Source: an uncultured bacterium
GTDB lineage: Bacteria > Verrucomicrobiota > Verrucomicrobiia > Limisphaerales > UBA8199
Reading direction: 5' to 3'
DNA: 64,000 nt
Assembly: GCA_963749495.1 (NCBI GenBank)
Contig: CAVVMW010000006.1
Span: forward strand, 192,001 to 256,000
In this document: one piece after another, positions 20,500 through 31,212 of the stretch
Layout of the letters: each line of letters starts with the position of its first letter
Position numbering within the stretch: the stretch's first letter is position 1
Made by a program: the position numbers and the translations under genes
The notes under the pieces: model-generated
Databases searched by the model: none
Told to the model about the DNA's origin: nothing
The model's input: the letters and a program-made list of their open reading frames with translations, nothing else

Positions 20500-20625
20500 C
20501 AGGCGGCCGGCAGCCTCAAAAGCCCGGCAAGGACAACGGCGGGTGCCTTAAAATCCGCCTCGCGGCATGGAAGCCGTTAAAGAACAGAAAATCCCCGCTA
20601 GGGGTGACTCATGGAAGGAGTCAGT
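20500..20625 (+). promoter_or_regulatory. Structured flagellin leader with ANGGA hairpins, copy 2
   Basis: CGGC-ATGGAA-GCCG and TGACTC-ATGGAAG-GAGTCA hairpins; AGGCGG...CCGCCT outer stem. Confidence 0.7.
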
Positions 20626-21434
20626 ATGGTAATCAATACAAACATCGCGGCTGAGAGCAGTGCCTCACTGCTGGCGGCATCGTCCTCCAACTTGGCCAAA
20701 TCACTGCAGCGCCTCTCGTCCGGCTCGAAGATCATTTCGCCGCAGGACGACGCCGCAGGGCTCGCAATGTCAATTCATTTCGACGCCCAATCCACCCGCA
20801 TCAGTGCGGCCTCCACTAACGTCAGCAACGCCATCTCCTACACTCAGACCCAGGATGGCTTCCTGCAGCAAGTCTCCAACGCCCTGAACCGGATGAGCGA
20901 ACTGGCCGTCAGGCGCAGGACATGACCAAGACCGACAGCGACCGGTCCTTGTACGACCAGGAGTTCCAGCAACTGGGCAGTTACATCAGCAGCGTCGCCA
21001 CAAAGGACTTCAATGGCGTGAGTCTCTTCGACAACACCGCCAAGAACGTCACCATCGACAGCAATGCGGCAACCTGGGGGATGAGCGGGATCAACATGGG
21101 GGCCGGCACCGCCTATGCCACGGCAGTGGGCGACAACATCGCCACCTCAGCCACGGCGCCCACGGCGCTGACGGCCGTCAAATTGGCCATCACCCAACTG
21201 GCCTCGGACCGCGCGACCATCGGCGCCAGCCTGGCGCGCTTGAACTACACCAGCGACCAGTTGACCGTTCAAAAGACCAACATTGACGCGGCCAACAGCA
21301 ATATCAAAGACGTGGACGTGGCCCAGGAGAGCACCAACTACGCGAAGCTCAACATCCTGGTCCAGTCCGGCACGGCCATGTTGGCGCAGGCCAACGCCAT
21401 GCCGCAATCGGTTCTCAAGCTCTTGGGCTACTAG
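20626..21434 (+). CDS. fliC: Flagellin paralog 2; one 1-nt deletion ~20912 (probably read error)
   Basis: ORFs 20611 and 20922 join into a protein nearly identical to fliC1. Confidence 0.93.
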
Positions 21435-21469
21435 GTTGGTCCCACAAGAGCCCCTCTGTGCAGGGGCAG

Positions 21470-21508
21470 CCGGACAGCGTCGGGGGGCGCCGTCCGGCGC
21501 TTTTTTTG
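21470..21508 (+). terminator. Intrinsic terminator after fliC2
   Basis: CCGGAC...GTCCGG hairpin followed by T7. Confidence 0.7.
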
Positions 21509-21512
21509 TGCC

Positions 21513-21540
21513 TCAAGTCCTCGCTCAGCCTGGCCGATAG
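21513..21540 (+). promoter_or_regulatory. Candidate sigma-28 promoter of the lipoprotein gene
   Basis: TCAAG-N15-GCCGATAG. Confidence 0.55.
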
Positions 21541-21547
21541 ATGAATT

Positions 21548-22209
21548 GTGCTGGTCCGAGCTCTCATCCTGGCGGCGCTGCTCCCCGTGTTGGCGGGCGG
21601 GTGCTCGACGCCTCCCGCCCTGCGGCGGGCGCTGGTTGCGCCCTACAAACCTGTCAATGTCTATCAACGCCAGCCCACCCTGCCCCTGGCCATCCGCCGC
21701 GTGGCCGTCCTGCCTGTGGCGCGCGATGCCCAGGATGCCGACCAGGAGGCCGGGGCCAGATGCTCGAGCCGCTCTGGCAGGCCGAGTTGGTCAAACGCAA
21801 ACTCTTCGAGGTCGTCCCCGTCTCGCCCGAGGACCTCCGCGTCATGACTGGGCGCGCCGCATGGTCGGCCGAAGACAAATTGCCCCTGGACTTTTTCCAG
21901 CGTCTGGGCCAGGCCACCGGCTGCGACGCCGTCCTCTTTGCCCGGGTGACCGCCTTCCAGGCCTATCCGCCGCTGCGCACCGGCTGGCGGGCGCGCCTGG
22001 TCAATTGCAGCCACCGCCTGACCTGGTGGAGCGTGGATGAGATGTTCGACGCCGGCGCCACTGCGGTGGCCGTCGCTGCCGAGGCCTACGCTCGAGCGGA
22101 TTTGAACCTGCCCAACCCGTTGCTCAGCGACACCGGCGTGTTGCACTCGCCCCGCCGATTCGGCCAATACACCGCCTCCGCCGTTGCCGGCACGCTGCCG
22201 CGCCGCTGA
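21548..22209 (+). CDS. Uncharacterised lipoprotein (CsgG/GNA1162-like fold suspected); frameshift ~21750
   Basis: Lipobox VLAGGC; RRVAVLP; LGQATGCDAVLFARVT; joins ORFs 21548 and 21541. Confidence 0.7.
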
Positions 22210-22222
22210 CGTGATTTTGTGC

Positions 22223-22249
22223 TAAAGGTCCCCCGGATTCCGCCGATAA
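22223..22249 (+). promoter_or_regulatory. sigma-28 promoter of flgM-fliS operon
   Basis: TAAAG..-GCCGATAA, 15-nt spacer after TAAA. Confidence 0.88.
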
Positions 22250-22291
22250 TCCGGGCAAGAGTGTCCGCCTGCCGTATCCAGTAGTTTAGTT

Positions 22292-22573
22292 ATGCGCGTG
22301 AACCCGAACAGTGAATTGCCCGGCGCGGCCCAAGTCCCGGCCCGCGCCCCGGTGCAGGCGCCGGCTCTTGGGCAGGACCATCTGGCGCTGAGCCAGGCCG
22401 AGGGCCTGAACCGTGCCTTGGACCAGACTCCAGCGGCGCGGCCCGAGGAAGTGGCCCGCGCCCAGAGCCTGGTTCAGGATCTCTCCTATCCGCCCATGGT
22501 GCTCATTCGAAAGATCTCCTCGCTCCTGGCCATTCACCTCCAGGCCCCAGACCCCTCTCAAAGCTCGGTTTGA
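22292..22573 (+). CDS. FlgM-like anti-sigma-28 factor
   Basis: 93 aa; DHLALS..L..AL...P..RPEEV......V....Y pattern; sigma-28 promoter; flagellar context. Confidence 0.65.
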   Translation: MRVNPNSELPGAAQVPARAPVQAPALGQDHLALSQAEGLNRALDQTPAARPEEVARAQSLVQDLSYPPMVLIRKISSLLAIHLQAPDPSQSSV

Positions 22574-22607
22574 CAAGGCACTCTGACCATCCGATACCCC
22601 CACCCCC

Positions 22608-23060
22608 ATGTATCCGACGAATCAGTCCGTACTCCCGCATTGTCTTCGCTCTTATCAAGCCGTGGCGGCCCAAACCGCATCCCCCGGCCAGTTGGTCGTG
22701 ATGCTCTATGACGGCGCCATCCGGTTTCTCGAACGAGCGCTGGCGGGCTTTGAGCACGACGACCCCCTCGAATTCAACCGGACGATCAACAACAACATCC
22801 TCCGCGCCCAGGAAATCATCAACGAGCTGGATGGTTCGCTGGACCTGGCCCAGGGCGGCCAACTGGCCGCCACCTTGCGCGGACTCTATAACTACATGAA
22901 CCGCCAGCTCATGCTCAGCAATACTCGCAAGACCCCGGATGGCATCCGTGACACGATCCACCGCCTGGCTGTCCTGCGCAACGCCTGGAGTGAGATGCTG
23001 CGTCGAGGCAACGCCGCCGCCCCCGCCGAGCGGTTCGAGCCCTTCGCGGCCGTGTCCTGA
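22608..23060 (+). CDS. fliS: Flagellin export chaperone FliS
   Basis: TASPGQLVVMLYDGAIRFL, AQEIINEL..SLD, LRGLYNYM, LRNAW. Confidence 0.95.
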   Translation: MYPTNQSVLPHCLRSYQAVAAQTASPGQLVVMLYDGAIRFLERALAGFEHDDPLEFNRTINNNILRAQEIINELDGSLDLAQGGQLAATLRGLYNYMNRQLMLSNTRKTPDGIRDTIHRLAVLRNAWSEMLRRGNAAAPAERFEPFAAVS

Positions 23061-23093
23061 GCGTGCCTCCCGGATGGACCTCCAGGAGCAAGG

Positions 23094-23474
23094 ATGAATC
23101 CCGCTGCCCAACTGACCCGTCTCCTGGCTGAGTGGCATCGCCTGACCCAACTCGAGGGCCAGGCCATCCTGGGCGATGATTGGCGCGAGGCCGCCCGGCG
23201 CCAGCAGGAAAAGGCCCTGCTCTGCCCGGCCATCAACCAGGCCATCCAGGAGGTCTGCTCCATCCAACCCGGCGCCGACGCCATCACCGGCCCCTTCGGC
23301 CCCGCGGCCCGCAGGCTCGCCGTCCTGGAGGCCCGCAATCTGGAGGTCCTTCGCGCCAAGTGCCACCGCAAACGGGCCGAACTGGAAGGCCTGGGCCAAA
23401 CCAGCCGCAATCTCCAGGGCGTGCGCCGCGCCTACGGCGGCCCCGGCTCCCACCTCTGGCAGTCCTACTCGTAG
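23094..23474 (+). CDS. Small helical protein, FlgN/FliT-like chaperone
   Basis: 126 aa helical, follows fliS, ends VRRAYG; call rests mainly on context. Confidence 0.5.
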   Translation: MNPAAQLTRLLAEWHRLTQLEGQAILGDDWREAARRQQEKALLCPAINQAIQEVCSIQPGADAITGPFGPAARRLAVLEARNLEVLRAKCHRKRAELEGLGQTSRNLQGVRRAYGGPGSHLWQSYS

Positions 23475-23525
23475 TTGGCCCCGGCGCCTTGCCTTGCCGG
23501 CCTGGCGGACATAGAATGAAAAGTC

Positions 23526-24518
23526 ATGAAAGCCGCGTACATTACCCAAACCGGTCCGCCCGAAGTCATCGTTTATGGCAACGTGCCGGACCCCAAACCC
23601 GGGCGCCGGCAATGTCTGGTCAAGGTGGGCGCCGTGGATGTGAACCCGATCGACACCTACATTCGCAGCGGGGCAGTGCGGGTGCCGATGACGTTCCCGT
23701 TCATCCTGGGCCGGGACCTGGCCGGGACGGTCATCGAGGCGGGAGCGGGCGTCAGGGGCCTCAAACCTGGCGACCGCGTCTGGGCCACTAGCCAGGGGAC
23801 AGAGGGACGGCCGGGGACCTTCGCTGAATTGGCCGCCGTGGAGGAGCGGTGGTTGAACCCGACCCCGCTTGGGGTGAGCGACCAGGAGATGGCTGCCCTC
23901 TCACTCGTCGCGGTGACCGCGCAGCTCGGCCTGGTGCGCTATGCCAACCTCAGACCGGGCGAGGTCCTCTTTGTCAATGGCGGCACCGGCGGCGTCGGTT
24001 CGTGCGTGGTCCAGATGGCGAAGATTCTCGGCGCTCGCGTCATCGCCACGGCCGGCACGGAACAGAAAGTCCGCGCCTGCCGCGAATTGGGCGCCGACCT
24101 GGCCATCCATTACAAGACCGAGGATGTCGATGCCGCCATCAGGGGTTTTGCCCCTGGCGGCGTCAATGTCTGGTGGGAAACCCTGCGCGAGCCGGACTTC
24201 GAACGCACCATCCCGTTGCTGGCCCTGCGGGGGCGGATGATCATCATGGCCGGACGCGAGGCGCGCCCCGTCTTCCCGGTTGGACCCTTTTACGTGAAGG
24301 ATTGCTCCCTCCACGGCTTCGCCATGTTCAATGCCGGCGCCCGTGAGCAGCGGTCCGCCGCCAATGCCATCAACCGCTGGCTGGCCGAGGGCAAGCTCAA
24401 GGCCCGCGTCAACCGCGTCCTGCCCCTCTCACAGACGGCCGACGCACACCGCTTGCAGGAAGAGAGCACCCTGCGCAAGAGCGGGGCCCTGGCCGGCAAG
24501 ATTGTGCTCAAGCCGTAA
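23526..24518 (+). CDS. NADPH:quinone reductase (MDR family)
   Basis: VNPIDTYIRSG, GRDLAG, GGTGGVG, GKIVL. Confidence 0.92.
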   Translation: MKAAYITQTGPPEVIVYGNVPDPKPGRRQCLVKVGAVDVNPIDTYIRSGAVRVPMTFPFILGRDLAGTVIEAGAGVRGLKPGDRVWATSQGTEGRPGTFAELAAVEERWLNPTPLGVSDQEMAALSLVAVTAQLGLVRYANLRPGEVLFVNGGTGGVGSCVVQMAKILGARVIATAGTEQKVRACRELGADLAIHYKTEDVDAAIRGFAPGGVNVWWETLREPDFERTIPLLALRGRMIIMAGREARPVFPVGPFYVKDCSLHGFAMFNAGAREQRSAANAINRWLAEGKLKARVNRVLPLSQTADAHRLQEESTLRKSGALAGKIVLKP

Positions 24519-24523
24519 AAAAA

Positions 24524-24780
24524 GCTAAATGCTGAAGGCTAAAGGCTAAAGGCTAAAGAAAAGGCTAAAGGCTAAAGGCTAAAGGCTAAAGTGCCGAAGG
24601 GGGGCGAGAAAAGGCTGAAGGCTAAAGGCTAAAGGCTAAAGGCGGGCCTTGCTTCGTCCCTTGTGTCGCTTGGGTCCCTTTTGTCCCTGAAAACCATGCT
24701 TCCTCAGAGACGCAACCACTTTCCTCTCCATTCCTGCCCCTTCGGCACTTTAGCCTTCAGCCTTCAGCCTTCAGCCTTTT
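24524..24780. repeat. Heptamer array GCTAAAG with inverted CCTTCAG/CTTTAGC array
   Basis: >10 GGCTAAA/GGCTGAA units at 24524-24642; reverse units at 24748-24777; AAAGTGCCGAAGGGG pairs with CCCCTTCGGCACTTT. Confidence 0.9.
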
Positions 24781-24790
24781 CTTTTCGCCC

Positions 24791-24830
24791 TGTGCGTCCA
24801 AACGCACAGGGGTGTGCGTCCAAACGCACA
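24791..24830. promoter_or_regulatory. Duplicated palindrome TGTGCGTCCAAACGCACA (candidate operator)
   Basis: Two exact 18-nt copies at 24791 and 24813, upstream of the pil operon. Confidence 0.55.
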
Positions 24831-25209
24831 GTTGGCAGGACAAGCATCGATGATAGAAGGACATTAGTGACCACGCATGCTGGTTGTGAGTGGTCCAAGA
24901 CGGGGCTGGGGGTGTAAAATACACGCCTGGCAACTGGGAATTGAACTGGCATCCCCCAGCCCCGCAAATCCTCCCTCAGACTGACCTTGGAGGCAGAAGG
25001 TTCCTCCGGCCTCGCGCAGGGCGATGCGTTCGGGCTCGATGGCGGCCCCCAACTGTTGCACCGGTTTTTAAATGCCAGGATGGAGCACACAAAACCGGTG
25101 CCTGAGCCCAAGCCGGAAACCGCGCGCAAGAGGATTGACAACGGACCTGGGGCTACTACTCTGTTGCAGAGCTTCTCACGAAGGTCGTGTGGAGTTTGAC
25201 AAACGAGCC

Positions 25210-26937
25210 ATGGCAGAAAAAGACGATTATCTGGTAGATATTTTGGTGGACCTTGGCTTGGTCACTCCGGACCAGGTGGCGGCGCATCGCACCGAGGCCC
25301 AGGCCGCCGGGGTGGGCGTGGTCGATTTGATGGTGGCCAACAAGGTCATCCGCCCTGCGGATGTGACCCAGGCCAAGGCGGCGCATTTCGGGGCGGAGGT
25401 GGTCAACCTGGCCGACATCAAGATCGATGACGAGGTCATCGCGGCGGTCCCGCGCCACATCGCGCGCAAGTACCGCGTCGTGCCCGTCTTCAAACACGAG
25501 GACAACCTCACCGTGGCGCTGTCGGACCCCTCCGACCTGGACACGATCGACAGCCTCACGCACCTGCTGCACGCCCAGGTGGATTTGCGAGTGGCCTCGG
25601 ATGCGGACATCGAGGCCGCCCTCAACAAATATTACGGGGGCGACAGAGGGGGGTCGCGCGCCATGATGGCCTCGGACCCCAAGCTGGCGCAGACGATCAA
25701 AGAGCTGACCGAGGAACACGTCCAGGTCGATGCCGGCGCCGCCGCCGACGGTTCGGTCGTGGATGCCGACGCCCCGCTGATCAAGCTGGTCAACGGCATG
25801 ATTACCGAGGCCTTCCGTATGCGCGCCTCGGACATCCACCTGGAGCCCCTGCCCAAGACCTTCCGCGTCCGCTACCGCATTGACGGCATGCTGCACGAGA
25901 TCAAGCCCCCGCCCAAGCGCCTCCAGGCCGCAATCATCAGCCGCCTCAAGATCCAGTCCAACATGTCCATCTCCGAGCACCGCGTGCCCCAGGATGGCCG
26001 TATCCAGACCAGCGTCGGCAACAAGCTCATCGACCTGCGCGTCTCCTGCCTGCCCACCAATCACGGCGAGAGCATCGTTATGCGTATCCTGGACAAAGAG
26101 GGCCTGCGCCTGGGCCTGCCGGAACTGGGCTTTTTCACCGACGACCAGCAGACCTTCGAGCGCCTCATCGGCCTGCCCGACGGCATCCTCCTGGTCACCG
26201 GCCCGACCGGCTCGGGCAAGACCACCACCCTTTACTCCTGCCTCCATTTCATCAACCGGCCCGACCGCAAGATCATCACCGTGGAGGACCCGGTCGAGTA
26301 CATCCTGGCGGGCATCAACCAGGTGCAGGTCAACGAGGCGGTGGGCCTGACGTTTGCCGCGGCCCTGCGCTCGATCCTGCGCCAGGCCCCCAACGTCATC
26401 ATGATCGGGGAAATCCGCGACCTGGAGACCGCCAACATCGCCATCAATGCCTCGCTGACGGGGCACCTGGTCTTCTCGACCCTGCACACCAACGACGCCC
26501 CCAGCGCCGTGACCCGGCTGATCGATATCGGGGTCAAGCCCTTCCTGGTGGCCTCCTCGACGCGCGGGCTGATGGCCCAACGGCTGGTGCGCCGGGTCTG
26601 TAAACAGTGCGCCGTCCCCACCATGCCCACCGAGGCGGAGATGCGCAGCCTGGGCCTGGACGCCACCAGTAGCCAGGGCGCCAACTTCGTCAAGGGCAAG
26701 GGCTGCCCCAACTGCAACAACACCGGCTACCGCGGCCGCTTTGGCATCTTCGAGATCTTCATCATCGATGACGAGGCCCGCAAGCTGGTCTATGAAAAGG
26801 TGCCCTCCTCCGTCCTGCGGGCGCGGGCGCGCGAGATGGGGATGCGCACCCTGCGCGAGGACGGAGTCCGAAAAGTGCTGGCGGGCCTGACCACGCCCGA
26901 TGAGGTCATCCGCGCCACCATCGGTGACGAGGCCTAG
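25210..26937 (+). CDS. Type IV pilus/T2SS assembly ATPase (PilB/GspE)
   Basis: [42 protein letters not shown], CxxC..CxxC. Confidence 0.95.
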   Translation: MAEKDDYLVDILVDLGLVTPDQVAAHRTEAQAAGVGVVDLMVANKVIRPADVTQAKAAHFGAEVVNLADIKIDDEVIAAVPRHIARKYRVVPVFKHEDNLTVALSDPSDLDTIDSLTHLLHAQVDLRVASDADIEAALNKYYGGDRGGSRAMMASDPKLAQTIKELTEEHVQVDAGAAADGSVVDADAPLIKLVNGMITEAFRMRASDIHLEPLPKTFRVRYRIDGMLHEIKPPPKRLQAAIISRLKIQSNMSISEHRVPQDGRIQTSVGNKLIDLRVSCLPTNHGESIVMRILDKEGLRLGLPELGFFTDDQQTFERLIGLPDGILLVTGPTGSGKTTTLYSCLHFINRPDRKIITVEDPVEYILAGINQVQVNEAVGLTFAAALRSILRQAPNVIMIGEIRDLETANIAINASLTGHLVFSTLHTNDAPSAVTRLIDIGVKPFLVASSTRGLMAQRLVRRVCKQCAVPTMPTEAEMRSLGLDATSSQGANFVKGKGCPNCNNTGYRGRFGIFEIFIIDDEARKLVYEKVPSSVLRARAREMGMRTLREDGVRKVLAGLTTPDEVIRATIGDEA

Positions 26938-27008
26938 GCGTGAGGATTCTGCTTCACGGCGGTCCAATTTCCTGGTTATCATGACCTCCTGATTGAACGG
27001 ACGCGCGC

Positions 27009-28130
27009 ATGTCGTACTCAATGTCTGATTTATTGCAGTTGGTGGTCTCGGAAGGGGCCTCCGACCTTCACGTTGCTGTCAACACGCCCCCCACCATCCG
27101 GGTCCACGGCATCCTCCACCGCGTCGAGGGCCCCGTCCTCAAGCCGGAGGATTCCGAGGACCTGATGCGCAGCATCACCTCCGAAGACAACATCCAGCAC
27201 GTCCGCGAGCGCGGCGGCGCCGACTTCGGCTTCGCCTTTGGCGACCTGGCGCGGTTCCGGGTGAGCGTTTTCAAGGAGAGGGGCAATTTCGGCATTTCCA
27301 TGCGGCAGATCCCCAACAAGCTGCTGACGATGGAGCAGATCGGCCTGCCGCCTTCGGCCAAGGAACTGCTCTACAAACCGCGCGGCCTGGTGCTGGTGAC
27401 GGGCCCCACCGGGTCGGGCAAGACCACCACCCTGGCCTCGATGATCGATATCATCAACATGGAGCGGGACGAGGCGCACATCATTACCATCGAAGACCCG
27501 ATCGAGTATTATCACACGCACAAGAAGGCCCTGGTGACCCAGCGCGAGATCGGGGTGGACGTGCCCAACTTCGCCGAGGCGCTGCGGCGCGCGCTGCGGC
27601 AGGACCCCGACGTGATCCTGGTCGGTGAGATGCGCGACCTGGAGACCATTGATGCCGCCATCACGGCCGCCGAGACGGGGCACCTGGTCTTTGGCACGCT
27701 GCACACGACCGGCGCAGCCAAGACCATCGACCGCATAGTCAACGCCTTTCCCAGCAACCAGCAGGAGCAGATCCGCATCCAGCTCTCGACGGTGCTGCAG
27801 GCGGTGATCTCGCAGTTGCTCATCCCGCGCGTGGACAAACCGGGGCGGGTGGCGATCTTCGAGATCATGGTCAACACCCCCTCCATCGCCGCCCTCATCC
27901 GCGACAACAAGACCTTCCGGGTGCAGTCGGACATCCAGACCGGGGCCAAGTACGGCATGGTGACTCTCGACAGCTTCCTGATCGATAAATACCTGGCCGG
28001 CATGATTGCGCGCGAAGAGGTCGTGACCAAGGCCCAGGACCCGGTCACCATCCAGGCCAAACTCCAGGAACTGGAGCTTGCCCAGGCCGTCGGGGCCGAA
28101 ACCGCGGGCCTGGTCGAGGGCAAGACCTGA
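27009..28130 (+). CDS. pilT: Type IV pilus retraction ATPase
   Basis: [56 protein letters not shown]. Confidence 0.95.
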   Translation: MSYSMSDLLQLVVSEGASDLHVAVNTPPTIRVHGILHRVEGPVLKPEDSEDLMRSITSEDNIQHVRERGGADFGFAFGDLARFRVSVFKERGNFGISMRQIPNKLLTMEQIGLPPSAKELLYKPRGLVLVTGPTGSGKTTTLASMIDIINMERDEAHIITIEDPIEYYHTHKKALVTQREIGVDVPNFAEALRRALRQDPDVILVGEMRDLETIDAAITAAETGHLVFGTLHTTGAAKTIDRIVNAFPSNQQEQIRIQLSTVLQAVISQLLIPRVDKPGRVAIFEIMVNTPSIAALIRDNKTFRVQSDIQTGAKYGMVTLDSFLIDKYLAGMIAREEVVTKAQDPVTIQAKLQELELAQAVGAETAGLVEGKT

Positions 28131-28146
28131 CCCCAATAGACCCCCT

Positions 28147-29874
28147 ATGGCTGAGGAAATCTCCAGTCCCCTCCTGGCGCTCGTCAAAAGCCAGGCCCTC
28201 ATCGATGACCTGCAGCATGAAGAGGTGGCCGCCGAGTTCAAGCGCACCGGCAAACCGGTCATGCAGATCCTCCAGGACTTCGGGGTCATGGATCTGGACA
28301 CCATCCTGCAGATCATCGCCGACCACTTCGCCACGCAGGTGGTCGCGTTGCGGGAGCGCGACCTGCCCCCCGACCTCATCCAGAGCATCCCCGCCAAGAC
28401 CGCCCGCATGTACCAGTGCCTGCCCGTCGCCCTCAAAGACGGCGCCTTGCAGGTCGCCCTGGTCGACCCCTTCAACGTCGGCCGCATCGACGAACTGAAC
28501 TTCGTCATCAAAAAAGACCTCCAACTGGTCGTCGCCGACCCGGCCCAGGTGGAAAAGGCCATCGAAAAATACTACCCCGCCGGCGAGGCGGGCGGCGTGG
28601 AGACAAGCGACAGCTTCTCGGAGTTGCTCAAGGAACTGGGCGCCGACAAGGAGATCGAGAAGGAAGTCACGACCGCCGTGGCCAGAGACGACAAGGCCAT
28701 GATGGAAGACCTGGCCAACCAGGCCCCGATCGTGCGGTTCGTCAACCTGGTCCTGTTCCAGGCGGTCCAGGACCGCGCCAGCGACATCCATTTCGAGCCC
28801 TTCGAGACGGACTTCCGCATCCGCTACCGCGTGGACGGCGCCCTCTACGAGATGTCGCCCCCGCCCAAGCAGTTGGCCCTGCCGGTCATCTCCCGCATCA
28901 AGGTCATGGCCAACCTCAACATCTCCGAGACCCGCATGCCCCAGGACGGGCGCATCAACTATTCCCTGGGCAATCGCTCGGTGGACCTGCGCGTCTCGAC
29001 CCTCCCCACCCAGTTCGGGGAATCGGTGGTGTTGCGCGTCCTGGACCGCAACGCCGTGAGCCTCGAACTGGAGGGCCTGGGCTTCCCGAAGTACCTCCAC
29101 GATTACCTCTCCGAGGCCATCCAGCGCCCCAACGGCATCTTGGTCGTCACAGGCCCGACCGGCTGCGGCAAGACCACTACCCTCTATTCCTGCCTGCGCC
29201 GCGTCAACACCATCGACTCCAAGCTCCTCACCGCCGAGGACCCCGTCGAATACGACATCGAGGGCATCATGCAGGTGGCCATCCACGAATCGGTCGGGCT
29301 GACCTTCAGCCGGGCGCTGCGCTCGTTCCTGCGCCAGGACCCGGACATCATCATGGTCGGGGAGATGCGCGACCTGGAGACGGCCCAGATCTCCATCCAG
29401 GCCTCGCTCACCGGCCACCTGGTGCTGACCACCCTCCACACCAACGACGCGCCGGGCGCGGTGACCCGCATGATCGACATGGGGGTCGAGCCGTTCCTCA
29501 TCTCCTCGACGATGGTGGCGGTGGTGGGCCAGCGCCTGGTCCGGACCATCTGCAAGAGCTGCCGCACTCCCTTCGAGCCGACCGAGAGCCAGTTGGCCCT
29601 GCTCAATCTCTCCCCGCACGACCTGGGCGACAAGGTCTTCTACTACGGCCGCGGTTGCTCGGTGTGCAACGACACGGGCTACCGCGGGCGCAAGGGCATT
29701 TTCGAGTTGCTGACCATCAACGACGCCATTCGCGCCCTCATCAATGAGCGCGCCCCGACGGTGGTGATGCGCCAGAAGGCCATCGAGATGGGCATGATCC
29801 CTTTGCGCGAGGATGGCTTGCGCAGCATTTTCGAGGGTGATACAACTATCGAAGAAATTGTCAAATACACATAG
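28147..29874 (+). CDS. Second PilB/GspE ATPase
   Basis: [31 protein letters not shown], Zn-binding CxxC pairs. Confidence 0.95.
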   Translation: MAEEISSPLLALVKSQALIDDLQHEEVAAEFKRTGKPVMQILQDFGVMDLDTILQIIADHFATQVVALRERDLPPDLIQSIPAKTARMYQCLPVALKDGALQVALVDPFNVGRIDELNFVIKKDLQLVVADPAQVEKAIEKYYPAGEAGGVETSDSFSELLKELGADKEIEKEVTTAVARDDKAMMEDLANQAPIVRFVNLVLFQAVQDRASDIHFEPFETDFRIRYRVDGALYEMSPPPKQLALPVISRIKVMANLNISETRMPQDGRINYSLGNRSVDLRVSTLPTQFGESVVLRVLDRNAVSLELEGLGFPKYLHDYLSEAIQRPNGILVVTGPTGCGKTTTLYSCLRRVNTIDSKLLTAEDPVEYDIEGIMQVAIHESVGLTFSRALRSFLRQDPDIIMVGEMRDLETAQISIQASLTGHLVLTTLHTNDAPGAVTRMIDMGVEPFLISSTMVAVVGQRLVRTICKSCRTPFEPTESQLALLNLSPHDLGDKVFYYGRGCSVCNDTGYRGRKGIFELLTINDAIRALINERAPTVVMRQKAIEMGMIPLREDGLRSIFEGDTTIEEIVKYT

Positions 29875-29888
29875 CCGGAGGAACGAGT

Positions 29889-31196
29889 ATGCCGAGATAC
29901 AGTTACGTGGCGATGGATGCCCACGGCAAGGAAACCAAGGGCACCCTGGAGGTCGCCAGCCAGAACGAGGCCATCGCCCGCGTCAAGGAGATGAACCTCT
30001 ACCCCACCAAGATCGTCGAGGTCGACAAGCCCAGGCAGAAGGGCGACAAGAAGGCCAAACCCGCCGCCGCCGGCAAGAAGAAGGGCGGGGCGATGAACAT
30101 CAACATCAAGATCCCCGGCCTCAGCGGCAGAGTCAAATCCAAGTCCCTTTGCACCTTCACCCGCCAGTTGGCCACGCTGGTGAACGCCGGCCTGCCCCTG
30201 CTGCGCGGCTTGCGCGTGCTCGAAAAACAGGAGCGCAACCCCTCCCTCAAGGGCATCCTCGGCAACCTGGGCATGGCCATCGAGGGCGGCAGCACCTTTT
30301 CCGAGGCCCTGGCCCAGCACCCCAAGGTCTTCAACCGCCTCTTTGTCAACATGGTCAAGGCCGGCGAACTGGGCGGCGTGCTGGAAGTCGTGCTCACCCG
30401 CCTGGCCGAATTCATGGAGAAGGCCCAGAAGATCAAGGGCAAAGTCATCTCCGCCATGTTCTATCCCGTGGCCGTGCTCACCGTCGCCACCTGCATCATG
30501 TTCGTGCTGATGACTCTGGTCATTCCCAAGTTCAAGGAGGTCTTCGCCGGCCTGGCCGAAGGGAGGCAGTTGCCGGCCTGGACCCGCTTCGTCATGGCTT
30601 GCAGCGACATGGTCAAGAACCACATCGTCTATACGGGCATCGGCGTCGCCTCCTTCGTGGTGCTCTTCCTCCTGTTCAAGAGCACCAAGTTCGGCAGGCT
30701 GGCCTGGGACAAGTTCAAGCTCAAGATGCCGATCATCGGCCCGGTGATCAGCAAGGTCGCCATCTCGCGCTTCACCCGCACCCTGGGCACGCTGGTCAGC
30801 AGCGGCGTTCCCATCCTCCAGGCCCTGACCATCGTCAAAGAGACCGCCGGCAACGTCATCGTTAGCAATGCCGTCGCCTCCGTCCACGAAAGCGTCAAGG
30901 AAGGCGAGACCATCACCGCCCCGTTGGAGGCCTCCAATGTCTTCCCCCCCATGGTCATCAGCATGGTGGACGTCGGCGAACAAACCGGCGCCCTGCCCGA
31001 AATGCTCCTCAAGATAGCCGACACCTACGATGAAGAGGTGGACAACGCCGTGGCCGCCATGACCTCGCTGCTGGAGCCGATCATGATCGTCTGCCTGGCC
31101 GTCATCGTCGGCAGCATCGTCATCGCCATGTTCCTGCCCTTGATCAACCTTATGAACACCGTCGGCGACACCAGCGGCAGCAAGGACAAGGACTAG
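29889..31196 (+). CDS. pilC: Type IV pilus platform protein PilC/GspF
   Basis: FTRQLATLVNAGLPL, AGELGGVL, VGEQTGAL, LLEPIMIV. Confidence 0.95.
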   Translation: MPRYSYVAMDAHGKETKGTLEVASQNEAIARVKEMNLYPTKIVEVDKPRQKGDKKAKPAAAGKKKGGAMNINIKIPGLSGRVKSKSLCTFTRQLATLVNAGLPLLRGLRVLEKQERNPSLKGILGNLGMAIEGGSTFSEALAQHPKVFNRLFVNMVKAGELGGVLEVVLTRLAEFMEKAQKIKGKVISAMFYPVAVLTVATCIMFVLMTLVIPKFKEVFAGLAEGRQLPAWTRFVMACSDMVKNHIVYTGIGVASFVVLFLLFKSTKFGRLAWDKFKLKMPIIGPVISKVAISRFTRTLGTLVSSGVPILQALTIVKETAGNVIVSNAVASVHESVKEGETITAPLEASNVFPPMVISMVDVGEQTGALPEMLLKIADTYDEEVDNAVAAMTSLLEPIMIVCLAVIVGSIVIAMFLPLINLMNTVGDTSGSKDKD

Positions 31197-31212
31197 GCCC
31201 GGAATCTCAAAA

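Noticed and set aside
24524..24642. Repeat arrays as CRISPR
   Set aside because: Units are 7-12 nt in tandem with no unique spacers; no cas genes seen.
25210..31196. Two PilB-like ATPases around pilT as a novelty
   Set aside because: To my knowledge pilB-pilT-pilB-pilC is a usual arrangement in PVC bacteria.
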